DNA of 64,000 nt from Clostridia bacterium (GCA_017456765.1 JAFTIR010000017.1:9248-73247), one strand, 5' to 3'; positions 1 to 9,420 are shown, counted from the stretch's first letter. Numbers and translations: made by a program. Notes: generated by a model from the sequence alone, not told the origin.

Positions 1-1
1 T

Positions 2-2476
2 GACGGTGAAACTGTTATTGACATAAACAAAAAAGCAAGCGAAATCTATTTCATTCTCACACTCTCCGGCAAGAGATGGCTCCGAGTTAAATACGGCTCC
101 GACCCCACAATTCTCGGTACGGCAACCTGCGACATCAGCGAACCTTTGAAGATTGTTGATACAGAATACTTCATGGCCGAGGTTGTTTACAAGGACGGAA
201 GACACGACACACATCTTCCCCTCAACCTTTGCACAGGCAGACACGGCATTGCGGGCGACATCAGCGTTTACGGTGTTCCCTGCGACGGCGAGGTTGAAAA
301 GCTCATTATTCACAACAGATTCCTTGACGGCGATGTAAACCTTGCGGCTGTAACGGTTAACGAAACAGACGAAAGACTTTACCCCGATATGCTTATTCCC
401 GAAAAGCCAAAAGCTATTGTGAGAGAAATCTCAAGTGAAAAGAAAATCTCTTATGACAGCGGTATTCTTACCATCAAGAACGGCGCACTCCTTATGATTC
501 TTAAGGCTTCAAAGGGTCTTGAATTGCTTGAAATGTCAAACGCTTACACACCCGACATGAATGTAAAGCGCGGAGCGCTTCTCAAGACAAGAGATGCTGT
601 GGGCAACATTAACGAAGCGTTTGAGCTTATAAGTGCAGATGTGGCTTCTGACAAGGCAACACTTGTATACGGCTACGAAGAAACAGAATTTGTTATCACC
701 GCAGACATTTCAGGTGCAAATAACGTGAAATGGAACCTTGAAGTAACAAACAAGGGCAGTGAAGAATTCAGAAAGGGTATCATATTCCCCGCGCTCTTTG
801 TTGACTACGGTTCCTTCGAGGACAACTGGTACTATCTTCCTACATATCAGAACATCGACAGCAACGAAACCTTCTATATGTACGAAGAATCGGCTCCCTC
901 ATTCCCGCTTCAGTTTATGGATGTTTACTACCCCGCAATGCAGGGAGGTCTCTGTCTTACAACCGAAGAAAGAGAAGTTGTCACAAGAAAATATTCACTC
1001 AGCAAAAACGATGCCGGTATCGATTTCTATGTAGAATATCCCATAATTTACGGCGATATTGCTCCCGGTGCAAGCTTCACCGCTTCTCCCTGCGTACTCA
1101 CCTGCCACGATGGCGGCTGGAAGAAAGCATACTACATTTACAAGCAGTGGCTCGACTCATGGTACACTCCTTACAAGTGTCAGGACAAGCAGTGGTACAG
1201 AGAAGCTTTCTGGCTCCTTGCCGAAATCACCGACTTCTTTGAAAACGAAGATATGTGTCAGTGGCCCTGCTGGTACAATGAAGAAAAGAATGAGTTCAAT
1301 TTCAGAAAGATTCTTGAAGAACAGAAGGGCATTACCGGTGTATATCCCGACATTCTTCATATGTGGTCATGGTGCTACACCTACCGTGACGGACAGTACG
1401 GCCAGCGTTGGGGCAACTTCGGAGACGTAGACTATGACAATTACGGCGGCGTTGACAACTTCAGAAATGCACTTCACGACATCAAGGACAACATGGGTGT
1501 CAACATTTCTCTCTATATGCATCCCACACTCCTTTCGGTTTGCTACGACAAGTACAAGGAGTTTGAAAACACAAGTCTTGTTAAGCATGAATCGGGCAGC
1601 AGAATCGGTGTTCACGGTGACTCTTTCAGAATGTGCCATGCCGAAGAAAAGTTCCGCGAGGCTTCACTTGCAATGTATCCGAGACTCTACAACGAGCTTA
1701 AGATTCCGCTTCTTTATGTTGACGAATTTTCTCTCAGAATCGGAAACAGATGCTATGCGGATGACCACGGACACCATGTGCCTTCAAATCTTCTTAAGAC
1801 TGACAGAGATTACATCTCACGCCTTAAAGACATAATGCCCGAAGAGGTAGTTCTTTACGGTGAATATGCGGCGGCAGACGTCAATGCAAGATACATTGAC
1901 TGTAACATCTCCTACTACATTCTCGACACCATTGTTGACATGATTGAAACAATGAAGAGAGCAAACGACGGTGACGACAGACTGTCCCGTGTATATATGC
2001 ACACATACAGATTCGCACTTCCCAAGATTGTTCAGCTCATTCTTCCCATGTCCATGAGAAATCTTTCATGGCATCCTCAGAAGTTCTTATTCTTCAATGC
2101 AGAAGCCATTTACGACTCCTTCTGGGACTGCGAAGAATCGAGAGGTCAGGACTTCACAGTTCACGCATACAAGTTAAAGAAAAAGTATGCTGACTGCTAC
2201 ACAAGTGACAATCCTGACACAATGATTGAAACAGAAAGCCCTGCTATCTGCATGAACAAGTTCCCCTCTAAGACATCTGACAGAGTTCTTTACAACGTAT
2301 ACAACAGAGCTTACTCCACATTCCGCGGTGTTGCACTCAAGGTTCCTCACAAGGAGGGTGCAAAATACTACGATGCATGGAATGACAAGGAGCTTTGCTA
2401 CAAGGTAGTTGACGGTATGGCTGAGCTCTATCTTGAAATCGGTGCTCAGGAAATGGGTTGTATTGTCATTGAATAA
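2..2476 (+). CDS. Large cytoplasmic protein of unknown function, tandem paralogue 1. The 5' end is cut by the window edge. The frame is open from base 2, so the TTG at 146 in the ORF track is not the start.
   Basis: Bases 1-145 translate in frame as DGETVIDINKKASEIYFILTLSGKRWL..., matching residues ~239 onward of the 2838..6056 product. Similarity continues to the stop codon. No family was recognised. Confidence 0.85.
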   Translation, partial: DGETVIDINKKASEIYFILTLSGKRWLRVKYGSDPTILGTATCDISEPLKIVDTEYFMAEVVYKDGRHDTHLPLNLCTGRHGIAGDISVYGVPCDGEVEKLIIHNRFLDGDVNLAAVTVNETDERLYPDMLIPEKPKAIVREISSEKKISYDSGILTIKNGALLMILKASKGLELLEMSNAYTPDMNVKRGALLKTRDAVGNINEAFELISADVASDKATLVYGYEETEFVITADISGANNVKWNLEVTNKGSEEFRKGIIFPALFVDYGSFEDNWYYLPTYQNIDSNETFYMYEESAPSFPLQFMDVYYPAMQGGLCLTTEEREVVTRKYSLSKNDAGIDFYVEYPIIYGDIAPGASFTASPCVLTCHDGGWKKAYYIYKQWLDSWYTPYKCQDKQWYREAFWLLAEITDFFENEDMCQWPCWYNEEKNEFNFRKILEEQKGITGVYPDILHMWSWCYTYRDGQYGQRWGNFGDVDYDNYGGVDNFRNALHDIKDNMGVNISLYMHPTLLSVCYDKYKEFENTSLVKHESGSRIGVHGDSFRMCHAEEKFREASLAMYPRLYNELKIPLLYVDEFSLRIGNRCYADDHGHHVPSNLLKTDRDYISRLKDIMPEEVVLYGEYAAADVNARYIDCNISYYILDTIVDMIETMKRANDGDDRLSRVYMHTYRFALPKIVQLILPMSMRNLSWHPQKFLFFNAEAIYDSFWDCEESRGQDFTVHAYKLKKKYADCYTSDNPDTMIETESPAICMNKFPSKTSDRVLYNVYNRAYSTFRGVALKVPHKEGAKYYDAWNDKELCYKVVDGMAELYLEIGAQEMGCIVIE

Positions 2477-2504
2477 CTTCCCCTATTGAAAAACTAAATA
2501 CTAT

Positions 2505-2532
2505 GCCCCGACCAAAAGGTCGGGGCTTTCTT
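2505..2532 (+). terminator. Rho-independent terminator of paralogue 1
   Basis: GCCCCGACC-AAAA-GGTCGGGGC followed by TTTCTT, 29 nt after the stop codon. Confidence 0.75.
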
Positions 2533-2537
2533 ATAGC

Positions 2538-2712
2538 GTAAACTTCTGTTCTTTTGTCCCGAAACATAAAGAACCAAAAATTCTCCACTCATATGTCGAA
2601 AACTCCGCTTTGCTCCGTAACATTCGACACGAGCTGTGGCGGCTCGCAAAAAAATGCGAAGTGAAGCTGAGATTTTTTGCAGAGTGGGCAGTTTTGGTTA
2701 CTTTTACTGAGT
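2538..2712. repeat. Family A nested-palindrome element, copy A1. The centre is deleted and both ends are truncated.
   Basis: It contains the H1 hairpin GTTCTTTTG..CATAAAGAAC, then CCACTCATATGTCGAA..TTCGACACGAGCTGTGGCGGCTCG. This joins directly to the right-arm module GCAAAAAA..TTTTTTGCAGAGTGGGCAGTTTTGGTTACTTTT. It aligns to 60425-60520 plus 60690-60750 of copy A5 with the centre missing. Confidence 0.8.
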
Positions 2713-2758
2713 TAAAGTTATGTACCTTGACTTTTTTTACAAAATTTCAATTTATCCA

Positions 2759-2787
2759 TTGACTTTACAAATACAACTGTGTATAAT
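2759..2787 (+). promoter_or_regulatory. Sigma-A-type promoter for paralogue 2
   Basis: TTGACT, a 17-nt spacer ending in TGTG, then TATAAT. It lies about 50 nt upstream of the AGGAGG RBS at 2826. Confidence 0.55.
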
Positions 2788-2837
2788 CAAATTGTGCAGA
2801 ATACATTGCATATACACTTGCTTTCAGGAGGTAAATT

Positions 2838-5800
2838 ATGAGAAATTTATTAGACCTTACCTTTACAAGTCCCAACGGAATTGTAGAAAAGAAAAACGGC
2901 TCGCAGAGTCTTATTGCCAAAAGACCGCCTATCGGTGAAAAATTCAGTCCCCCTTACTCCATATTCAAATTCTTTATGGAAAACATCGGCGAGCTTGAAG
3001 AATATGTTGTTATCGAATACAACTGCTTTGGTATAAACCGTACTCCAAGTCGCTTCAAAGGACCTTTCATTACACTCAAAAAGGGAGAAGAAGATGTTCC
3101 GCTTTTCCGCTTTGACGACTTGACAATCGACGGAAACACACACTCAATAATTGTAAAAGCACCCGAAGGAAGCTTCACAAGTATGGATCTTTCATTCTAC
3201 TGTGACAAGGTACTTGAAGCACACCTTACAATTACAAAGCTCTATACCTGCAAAAAGTCTGAGCTTCCCGTTTCCTGCGAAAAGGGCATGAATGTTCCTT
3301 CAAAGAACTTTACTCCCGTTGACATTTCAGATAAATTTGACCTTGAATATGTCTTTGACGATTTTGACAGCCACAATGATTCAGGTCTTTTCTTCGACAA
3401 GGAAAATGTGACTCTCTATGGTGTTCCCTTTAATGTAAAGACAAGCGGAAAGAATCTGGTTGCAGCACCTCCCGCACCCGCAGAAAACGACGATATTATC
3501 GACAATTTCGGCAAGATGTGCAAGAGAAGAATCTGTCAGGCAATAAGCCGTGACGGCGAAACTGTTATTGACATAAACAAGAAAGCAAGCGAAATTTATT
3601 TTATTCTCACACTTTCGGGCAAAAGGTGGCTCAGAGTCAAATACGGCTCCGACCCCACAATTCTCGGTAGTGCCACATGCGACATCAGCGAGCCTTTGAA
3701 GATCGTTGACGTTGAATACTTTATGGCTGAAGTTGTTTACAAGGATGGAAGACATGACACTCATCTTCCTCTGAACCTCTGCACAGGCAGACACGGAATT
3801 GCAGGTGACATCAGCGTTTACGGTGTTCCCTGTGACGGTGAGGTTGAAAAGCTTATCATTCACAACAGATACCTTGACGGCGATGTAAACCTTGCAGCAG
3901 TAACGGTAAACGAGACAGACGAAAGACTCTATCCCGAAATGCTTATTCCCGAAAAGGATGAAAAGATTCAGAGAGTTATTGACAACGCACAGAAAGTATC
4001 TCTTGAAAACAACATTCTTACCTTAAAGAATGGCGCACTTTATATGAGCCTTGACATTTCCAAGGGTCTGAAGCTTCTTGAAATGACAAACGCATATGCT
4101 CCCGACATGAAGGTCAAGAAGGATACTATCCTCAAGACAAGAACAGCTGATGGCATAATTGACGATGTATTTGAGCTTGCAAATGCTTCTGTTATCGGAA
4201 ATTCGGCATACATTACATACAAATACGAGGGAACAGCCTTTGCTATTTCCGCTTTCCTTGAGGGCAAAGACAATGTAAAGTGGAATCTCTCAATTACAAA
4301 CAACGGCAGCGAAGAATTCAGAAAGGGTATCATCTTCCCCGAAATCCTTGTGGACTACGGCTCCTTCGCTGAAAACTGGTACTTCCTCCCTGCATATCAG
4401 AACATCGACAGCAACGAAACCTTCTATATGTACGAAGAATCGGCTCCCTCCTTCCCCATGCAGTTTATGGACACATATTCTCCTGCAATGCAGGGCGGTT
4501 TGTGTATAGCAACCGAAGAGAGAGAGCTTATTACAAGAAAGTACTCTCTTAACAAGAACGATGATGGTATCGACTTCTATGTTGAATATCCCATTATCTA
4601 CGGCGACATCGCTCCCGATGCCTCCTTTACAGCATCTCCCTGCGTAATTACTTGCCACGACGGCAACTGGAAGAGTGCATACAACCTTTACAAGACATGG
4701 ATTGATTCCTGGTATGCCCCCTACAAGTGTCAGGACAAGCAGTGGTACAGAGAATGCTTCTGGCTCCTTGCCGACATTACAGACTTCTTTGAAACAACAG
4801 ATATGCTCAACGATGACATGAGAAAACACACTGTATGGTACAACGAGGAAACCAAGACCTTTAATTACAGAAAGATTCTCGAATATCAGAAGGCTATAAC
4901 CGGAGTATATCCCGACATTCTTCACATGTGGAAGTGGAACTTCATGCTCCGCAAAAGAGCTGACGGTTCACTCGGCTCGGGCAACTGCTGGGGTAACTAC
5001 AACACGGAAGACTACGACAAGCTCGGCGGTAAAGAGGCTCTGAGAAATGCGCTTCACGACATCCGTGACAACATGGGCATTCAGGTTTCCCTCTACATGC
5101 ACCCGACGCTTCTTTCCAACTGCTATCCTCACCACGAAAAGTTCTACGAATCAAGCATGGTTAAGCACGAATCAGGTGGAAGAATCGGTCTTGCAGGCGA
5201 CTCCTTCAGAATGTGCCATGCTGAAGAGTCCTGGCGTGACTTCTCTGCTAACATGTATCCGAGAGTTTACAAGGACCTTGGTATTCCCCTTCTCTATGTT
5301 GACGAGTTCTCCCTTAGAATCGGAAACCGTTGTTACGCAGACAATCACGGTCACCACTGTCCGTCAAATCTTCTCAAAACAGACCGCGACTACATTGCAA
5401 AGCTCAAGGAAACCGTACCCGAAGAGGTTGTTCTTTACGGTGAATATGTGGCAGCCGACGTCAACGCAAGATACATTGACTGTAACATTTCCTACTATAT
5501 TCTTGACTCTATCATTGACATGATTGAAACAATGAAGAGAGCAAATGACGGTGACGACAGACTAAGTCGTGTATTCCTTCACACCTACCGTTTCGCATTC
5601 CCCAAGATTGTTCAGCTCATTCTCCCCATGGCAATGAGAAACATCTCATGGCATCCTCAGAAGTTCTTGTTCTTCAATGCAGAAGCTATCTACGACTCCT
5701 TCTGGGACTGCGAAGAATCACGTGGTCAGGACTTTACGGTTCATGCATTCAAGCTCAAGAAGAAGTATGCTGACTGCTACACAAGTGACTGTCCCGAAAC

Positions 5801-6056
5801 AATGATTGAAACAGAAAGCCCTGCTATCTGTATGAACAAGTTCCCCTCTAAGACATCTGACAGAGTTGTTTACAACATCTACAACAGAGCTTACTCCACA
5901 TTCCGTGGTGTTGCACTCAAGGTTCCTCACAAGGAAGGTGCAAAATACTACGACGCTTGGAACGAAAAGGAACTTTCCTACAAGGTAGTTGACGGCATGG
6001 CTGAGCTCTATCTTGAAATCGGCGCTCAGGAAATGGGCTGTATTGTTATTGAATAA
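2838..6056 (+). CDS. Large cytoplasmic protein of unknown function, tandem paralogue 2 (1072 aa, full length)
   Basis: AGGAGG RBS 8 nt upstream of the ATG. No signal peptide. The C-terminal ~830 aa are collinear with the first gene. Conserved acidic and His-rich motifs (YVDEFSLRIGNRCYAD.HGHH, FRMCHAEE) suggest an enzyme. A glycosidase-like fold is only a guess. Confidence 0.85.
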   Translation: MRNLLDLTFTSPNGIVEKKNGSQSLIAKRPPIGEKFSPPYSIFKFFMENIGELEEYVVIEYNCFGINRTPSRFKGPFITLKKGEEDVPLFRFDDLTIDGNTHSIIVKAPEGSFTSMDLSFYCDKVLEAHLTITKLYTCKKSELPVSCEKGMNVPSKNFTPVDISDKFDLEYVFDDFDSHNDSGLFFDKENVTLYGVPFNVKTSGKNLVAAPPAPAENDDIIDNFGKMCKRRICQAISRDGETVIDINKKASEIYFILTLSGKRWLRVKYGSDPTILGSATCDISEPLKIVDVEYFMAEVVYKDGRHDTHLPLNLCTGRHGIAGDISVYGVPCDGEVEKLIIHNRYLDGDVNLAAVTVNETDERLYPEMLIPEKDEKIQRVIDNAQKVSLENNILTLKNGALYMSLDISKGLKLLEMTNAYAPDMKVKKDTILKTRTADGIIDDVFELANASVIGNSAYITYKYEGTAFAISAFLEGKDNVKWNLSITNNGSEEFRKGIIFPEILVDYGSFAENWYFLPAYQNIDSNETFYMYEESAPSFPMQFMDTYSPAMQGGLCIATEERELITRKYSLNKNDDGIDFYVEYPIIYGDIAPDASFTASPCVITCHDGNWKSAYNLYKTWIDSWYAPYKCQDKQWYRECFWLLADITDFFETTDMLNDDMRKHTVWYNEETKTFNYRKILEYQKAITGVYPDILHMWKWNFMLRKRADGSLGSGNCWGNYNTEDYDKLGGKEALRNALHDIRDNMGIQVSLYMHPTLLSNCYPHHEKFYESSMVKHESGGRIGLAGDSFRMCHAEESWRDFSANMYPRVYKDLGIPLLYVDEFSLRIGNRCYADNHGHHCPSNLLKTDRDYIAKLKETVPEEVVLYGEYVAADVNARYIDCNISYYILDSIIDMIETMKRANDGDDRLSRVFLHTYRFAFPKIVQLILPMAMRNISWHPQKFLFFNAEAIYDSFWDCEESRGQDFTVHAFKLKKKYADCYTSDCPETMIETESPAICMNKFPSKTSDRVVYNIYNRAYSTFRGVALKVPHKEGAKYYDAWNEKELSYKVVDGMAELYLEIGAQEMGCIVIE

Positions 6057-6084
6057 CTACCCCTATTGGAAAACTAAATACTAT

Positions 6085-6114
6085 GCCCCGACCTTCCGGT
6101 CGGGGCTTGTTTTT
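6085..6114 (+). terminator. Rho-independent terminator of paralogue 2
   Basis: GCCCCGACC-TTCC-GGTCGGGGC followed by TTGTTTTT. The stem is the same as at 2505 and 6593. Confidence 0.75.
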
Positions 6115-6119
6115 AGGGG

Positions 6120-6588
6120 ATTCCGCCATCTGCGGATGGCGTTTTCCGTCACTTTTGACTCAGCAAAAGTAACCAAAACTGCCCGCTCCAAAGAGCCGCG
6201 GGGGCTCCTATTATCTACACAAGGAAAGAGAAAACTTATATTAAACCCTCTCTACCCATGTAAATTTTGCCGCTTCGCGGATGGTGTATATATACTGCGT
6301 AACCGTAAGGTTTTCTATCACTGAGTGAACTAAACCTAAGTGTCGCACAAACGCAAAATGTAAGTGGTAAGCCGCCACGGCGAAGGAGAGAAGTCAGCGC
6401 AGGTTTGGTGGCAGTCAGTTTGCTTATGTATATGTATATGCAGATTTTGACAACAGCGTAGGAGTTTTTTGTTGCAATTCAGCATGTCAAAATCTGACAG
6501 TTTAGAGAAATATTCAACCAAACCGAGCCATCTCTCCTTTTGAGTGGAGAACTTTTGGTACTTTTGTTTCGGGACAAAAGTACAAAGC
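6120..6588. repeat. Family A element, copy A2. The arms are recognisable but the core is divergent and larger.
   Basis: Left arm: ATTCCGCCATCTGCGGATGGCGTTTTCCGTCACTTTTGACTCAGCAAAAGTAACCAAAACTGCCCGCTC. Right arm: GAGTGGAGAACTTTTGGTACTTTTGTTTCGGGACAAAAGTAC. The interior carries other palindromes, for example CAGATTTTGACA..TGTCAAAATCTG at 6441-6496. Confidence 0.7.
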
Positions 6589-6614
6589 CAAAGCCCCGAC
6601 CTTTCGGTCGGGGC
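6580..6614 (-). terminator. Terminator hairpin downstream of the oxidoreductase gene
   Basis: GCCCCGACC-TTTC-GGTCGGGGC, 12 nt after the stop at 6626. On the minus strand it is followed by CTTTGGCTTTGT. Confidence 0.55.
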
Positions 6615-6625
6615 TTATCTTATAT

Positions 6626-7681
6626 TCAGTTATTATTATCGTCAAAATCCACGGTCTGTCCAAGCCTTGCCGACTCGAATGCCGCCATCATAACCTTCAT
6701 GACACGGCGCATCTGCGAATGTGTAACGAGCTGAGCCTGAGTTCCGTCAACAGCCTTTACAAAATTCCTGTAATAATCGTGAACATCACTTTCAGGGCGT
6801 TCGATTTCATATGTTTTTGTTGTGGCATCGGTTCTCGGTGCCATTGTCTTTGTAAGTCCTGCCGCAGTAACAACAGGCACAACATTACTCTCATGCATAT
6901 TGGTGCATTTTACAACCTTTGCTTTTTCGGTCCAGTCGTATATTATTGCCGAGCCCTCGGTAGCTCTCATATAGAAACGGGGCATATTTATAAAGTTATA
7001 TGTACCTACCTCAACAAACGCCTTTTGTCCGCCATCAAACATCATTGTGAGCTTTATTCCGTCGTCAACCTCGGTGTTTGTAATATTATCAAATTCGCAG
7101 TAAATCTTTGTTAGCTTTCCGTCCATAATCTGAAGAAGCTGGTCAATAAGATGCACGCCCCAGTCAAGAAGCATACCTCCGCCGTGTTCCTTTTTGCCTC
7201 TCCAGTCGCCGGGAATACCGCGTGAACCGTGAATTCTGCTTTCTATGTTTATAAGCTGTCCTATTTCTCCGCTTTCCTTAATCTGCTTCATGGCAAGAAA
7301 ATCAACATCAAAGCGTCTGTTCTGGTGAACAGAGAAAATCTTACCGCATCTTTTTGCAGTATCTATCATCTCGTCAAGTTCACAAAGATTCATCGCAACA
7401 GGCTTTTCGCATATTACATTCTTGCCAGCCTCAAGGGCTCTGATTACAACTTCTTTATGAGAATCATTCGGAATTGCAACTGTTATTATATCAACCCTTT
7501 TATCCGAGAGCACAGACTCAAATCTGTCATATGCAAATATTCCCTTTTCTCTCGCGGCTTCATTTCTCTCTTCCTTAATATCGTAAACACCCAAAAGGTT
7601 TACAACATCACTCTTCTGTGCGTGATTTACATGCCACGAGCCCATTCCGCCGTAGCCTACCACAACAAGATTCTTTTTCAT
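6626..7681 (-). CDS. Gfo/Idh/MocA family NAD(P)-dependent oxidoreductase
   Basis: N-terminal Rossmann motif VVVGYGGMGSWH, EKP motif (VICEKPVA), 351 aa, and an AAGGAGG RBS. Confidence 0.85.
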   Translation of the reverse strand: MKKNLVVVGYGGMGSWHVNHAQKSDVVNLLGVYDIKEERNEAAREKGIFAYDRFESVLSDKRVDIITVAIPNDSHKEVVIRALEAGKNVICEKPVAMNLCELDEMIDTAKRCGKIFSVHQNRRFDVDFLAMKQIKESGEIGQLINIESRIHGSRGIPGDWRGKKEHGGGMLLDWGVHLIDQLLQIMDGKLTKIYCEFDNITNTEVDDGIKLTMMFDGGQKAFVEVGTYNFINMPRFYMRATEGSAIIYDWTEKAKVVKCTNMHESNVVPVVTAAGLTKTMAPRTDATTKTYEIERPESDVHDYYRNFVKAVDGTQAQLVTHSQMRRVMKVMMAAFESARLGQTVDFDDNNN

Positions 7682-7719
7682 AAGAATTCCTCCTTACAGA
7701 GCTTTTTTACTGTTTCTTT

Positions 7720-7748
7720 AATATAGCACCTGAATTCATTAAAGTCAA
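7720..7748 (-). promoter_or_regulatory. Sigma-A-type promoter for the oxidoreductase gene
   Basis: On the minus strand: TTGACT, 17 nt, TATATT. It lies about 35 nt upstream of the RBS. Confidence 0.5.
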
Positions 7749-7881
7749 GCAACTTTTTTGCTATATTATACAAATATTTTGCTCCGCCCTATAAGATTAT
7801 ATCCTTAGTTACGCTTTTGTCAACCTTTTTTCAAAAAGCACAAAAAATAATTAAAGAACACAAAAATATAATACATCACGC

Positions 7882-7922
7882 TTATAACAAAGCAAAGGCT
7901 GCCGCATTCAGCAACAGCCTTT
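7882..7922 (-). terminator. Putative terminator after the 496-aa gene
   Basis: 8-bp stem AAAGGCTG/CAGCCTTT with a 13-nt loop, 8 nt beyond the stop codon. The downstream tail is moderately T-rich. Confidence 0.4.
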
Positions 7923-7929
7923 TTGGAGT

Positions 7930-9420
7930 CTATTCTATTTCATTATCCAGCAGTTTAAGAAAAGCACTGCTTATCTGCTCTTCGGAATATGACATTTCCG
8001 GAGAAAAATGAGAAATAAAAATCTGAGAATGAGACCCTTGACGGGAAGAAAAAGTCAAATACAGTTCATCATTATACACCACGGGACAGGGTGTACAGAT
8101 ATGGAAGTTTTCAATACTCGCCACGGGCTTTGAGTTAAGAAAGCGTCTTTCTGCACTTAATTCAACTATTGAGGTATTCATTCTTGCATAAGGGGAGTGC
8201 AAAAGAAACAATCTGCCTTTATATTCATAAAAATACGGGCGCATTGCAGTGTCTCTCAGAACTATGCTTTCAAGAGGAAGCAAGGTTTTCATATCGTATT
8301 TTACAATCTCAAGTCTCTGGAAGTTATAGTCTCGTCTGAAGGCAACAAACATCCAGTCCTTATAGAGATACGGAATTATCTCACACTTTGTTCCCCTGCT
8401 TTCATCGGGAATCATAACAAATTCAAAGGTGAGAAAATCACGTGTTTTGAAAAGAATTCCGCAGAATCGGCTGCTTCCCGTATATGCCCATGTGTACCAT
8501 TCGTCATTATATCTGAAGTAAGGACCTATACCGATTTCGGAATACACATCCGTAAGACCGTACTTTGCACCGAAAAGTTCAAAAATCGTTTTATTTGTGA
8601 AGTCATACGTTCTGCCCTCATGCAGTATTTTGCAGACCTCAAGCTCACCGAACGTTTCCGTTTCAATATCAAATATTCTTCTGAACTCGGTTATTACACC
8701 GTCCACAAAGCCATAGCAATGGCAGACGATATTTTCACCATTGTCGACAAGGCTGGCAAGCGAGGCAACGCCGTCAATTGTAATATTTCCGTTTTCTCCC
8801 ATTGCGGCAACGGTATAAAACCTTGCCTTTTCCGGCTCATCTATATCATACACGGCAAATCTTGTAAAGGTATGGCAGTCATATTCCTTCATGGTTACAT
8901 TATTTGCAGTAAATATGGTGTAACCCTTACCGTTTTTAAGAACAGTCATAGACTGGTGTCCGTATTCTCCGAAGGGAGAAATGGGCTTCATATTTTCTTT
9001 AATTTTCTCTTTTATTTTAAGTCCGTTAAAATACGGAACAAGAGAAAACGAGCCGACAGGCACATCCCAGATGTCAACGCACTGATTCGGCGAGCACATC
9101 TTAATTGTGAAGCCGAGTTTTTCAAGCTCTTCTGTTTCGGGAGCCTTATCGGAATCAGCAAATCTTATCTGAAGTCCGAACACAAAGCCACAGTTTATAA
9201 CATATCCCTTATTACGCAAAAATCCCGGTGCAGGAACAACCGATTTATCCGAAGGATAATCAATCTTATATTCCACTCGGCTGTCTCCCGGTATTATAAG
9301 CAAATCACATGGAGCCTTTATAAAGTCTGAAATAAGCAAAGTACTGTTCCCGGTCAGAGCCTTTCCGTCTTTATCTCTACCAGAGCCTTTCACCCACTTC
9401 AGTTCATTTAAAAATTCCAT
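7930..9420 (-). CDS. Hypothetical cytoplasmic protein (496 aa from the preferred start)
   Basis: A long ORF with coding-like composition. A GGGGG RBS lies 6 nt upstream of the ATG at 9420. The two upstream in-frame ATGs have no spacing for an RBS. No family was recognised. Confidence 0.7.
   Translation of the reverse strand: MEFLNELKWVKGSGRDKDGKALTGNSTLLISDFIKAPCDLLIIPGDSRVEYKIDYPSDKSVVPAPGFLRNKGYVINCGFVFGLQIRFADSDKAPETEELEKLGFTIKMCSPNQCVDIWDVPVGSFSLVPYFNGLKIKEKIKENMKPISPFGEYGHQSMTVLKNGKGYTIFTANNVTMKEYDCHTFTRFAVYDIDEPEKARFYTVAAMGENGNITIDGVASLASLVDNGENIVCHCYGFVDGVITEFRRIFDIETETFGELEVCKILHEGRTYDFTNKTIFELFGAKYGLTDVYSEIGIGPYFRYNDEWYTWAYTGSSRFCGILFKTRDFLTFEFVMIPDESRGTKCEIIPYLYKDWMFVAFRRDYNFQRLEIVKYDMKTLLPLESIVLRDTAMRPYFYEYKGRLFLLHSPYARMNTSIVELSAERRFLNSKPVASIENFHICTPCPVVYNDELYLTFSSRQGSHSQIFISHFSPEMSYSEEQISSAFLKLLDNEIE

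Noticed and set aside
146-2476. The TTG at 146 as the start of the first gene.
   Set aside because: The frame is open back to base 2, and the upstream residues align with the interior of the downstream paralogue. The gene is truncated by the window edge; it does not start at 146.
8197-9330. Long antisense ORFs opposite real genes: 8197-9330, 21276-22157, 33569-34720, 39735-40580, 42348-43145, 50296-50916 and 56106-56741.
   Set aside because: Each is fully embedded antisense to a gene with clear family motifs. Their products are Cys/Phe/Ile/Lys-rich with shadow-frame composition, and none has an RBS.
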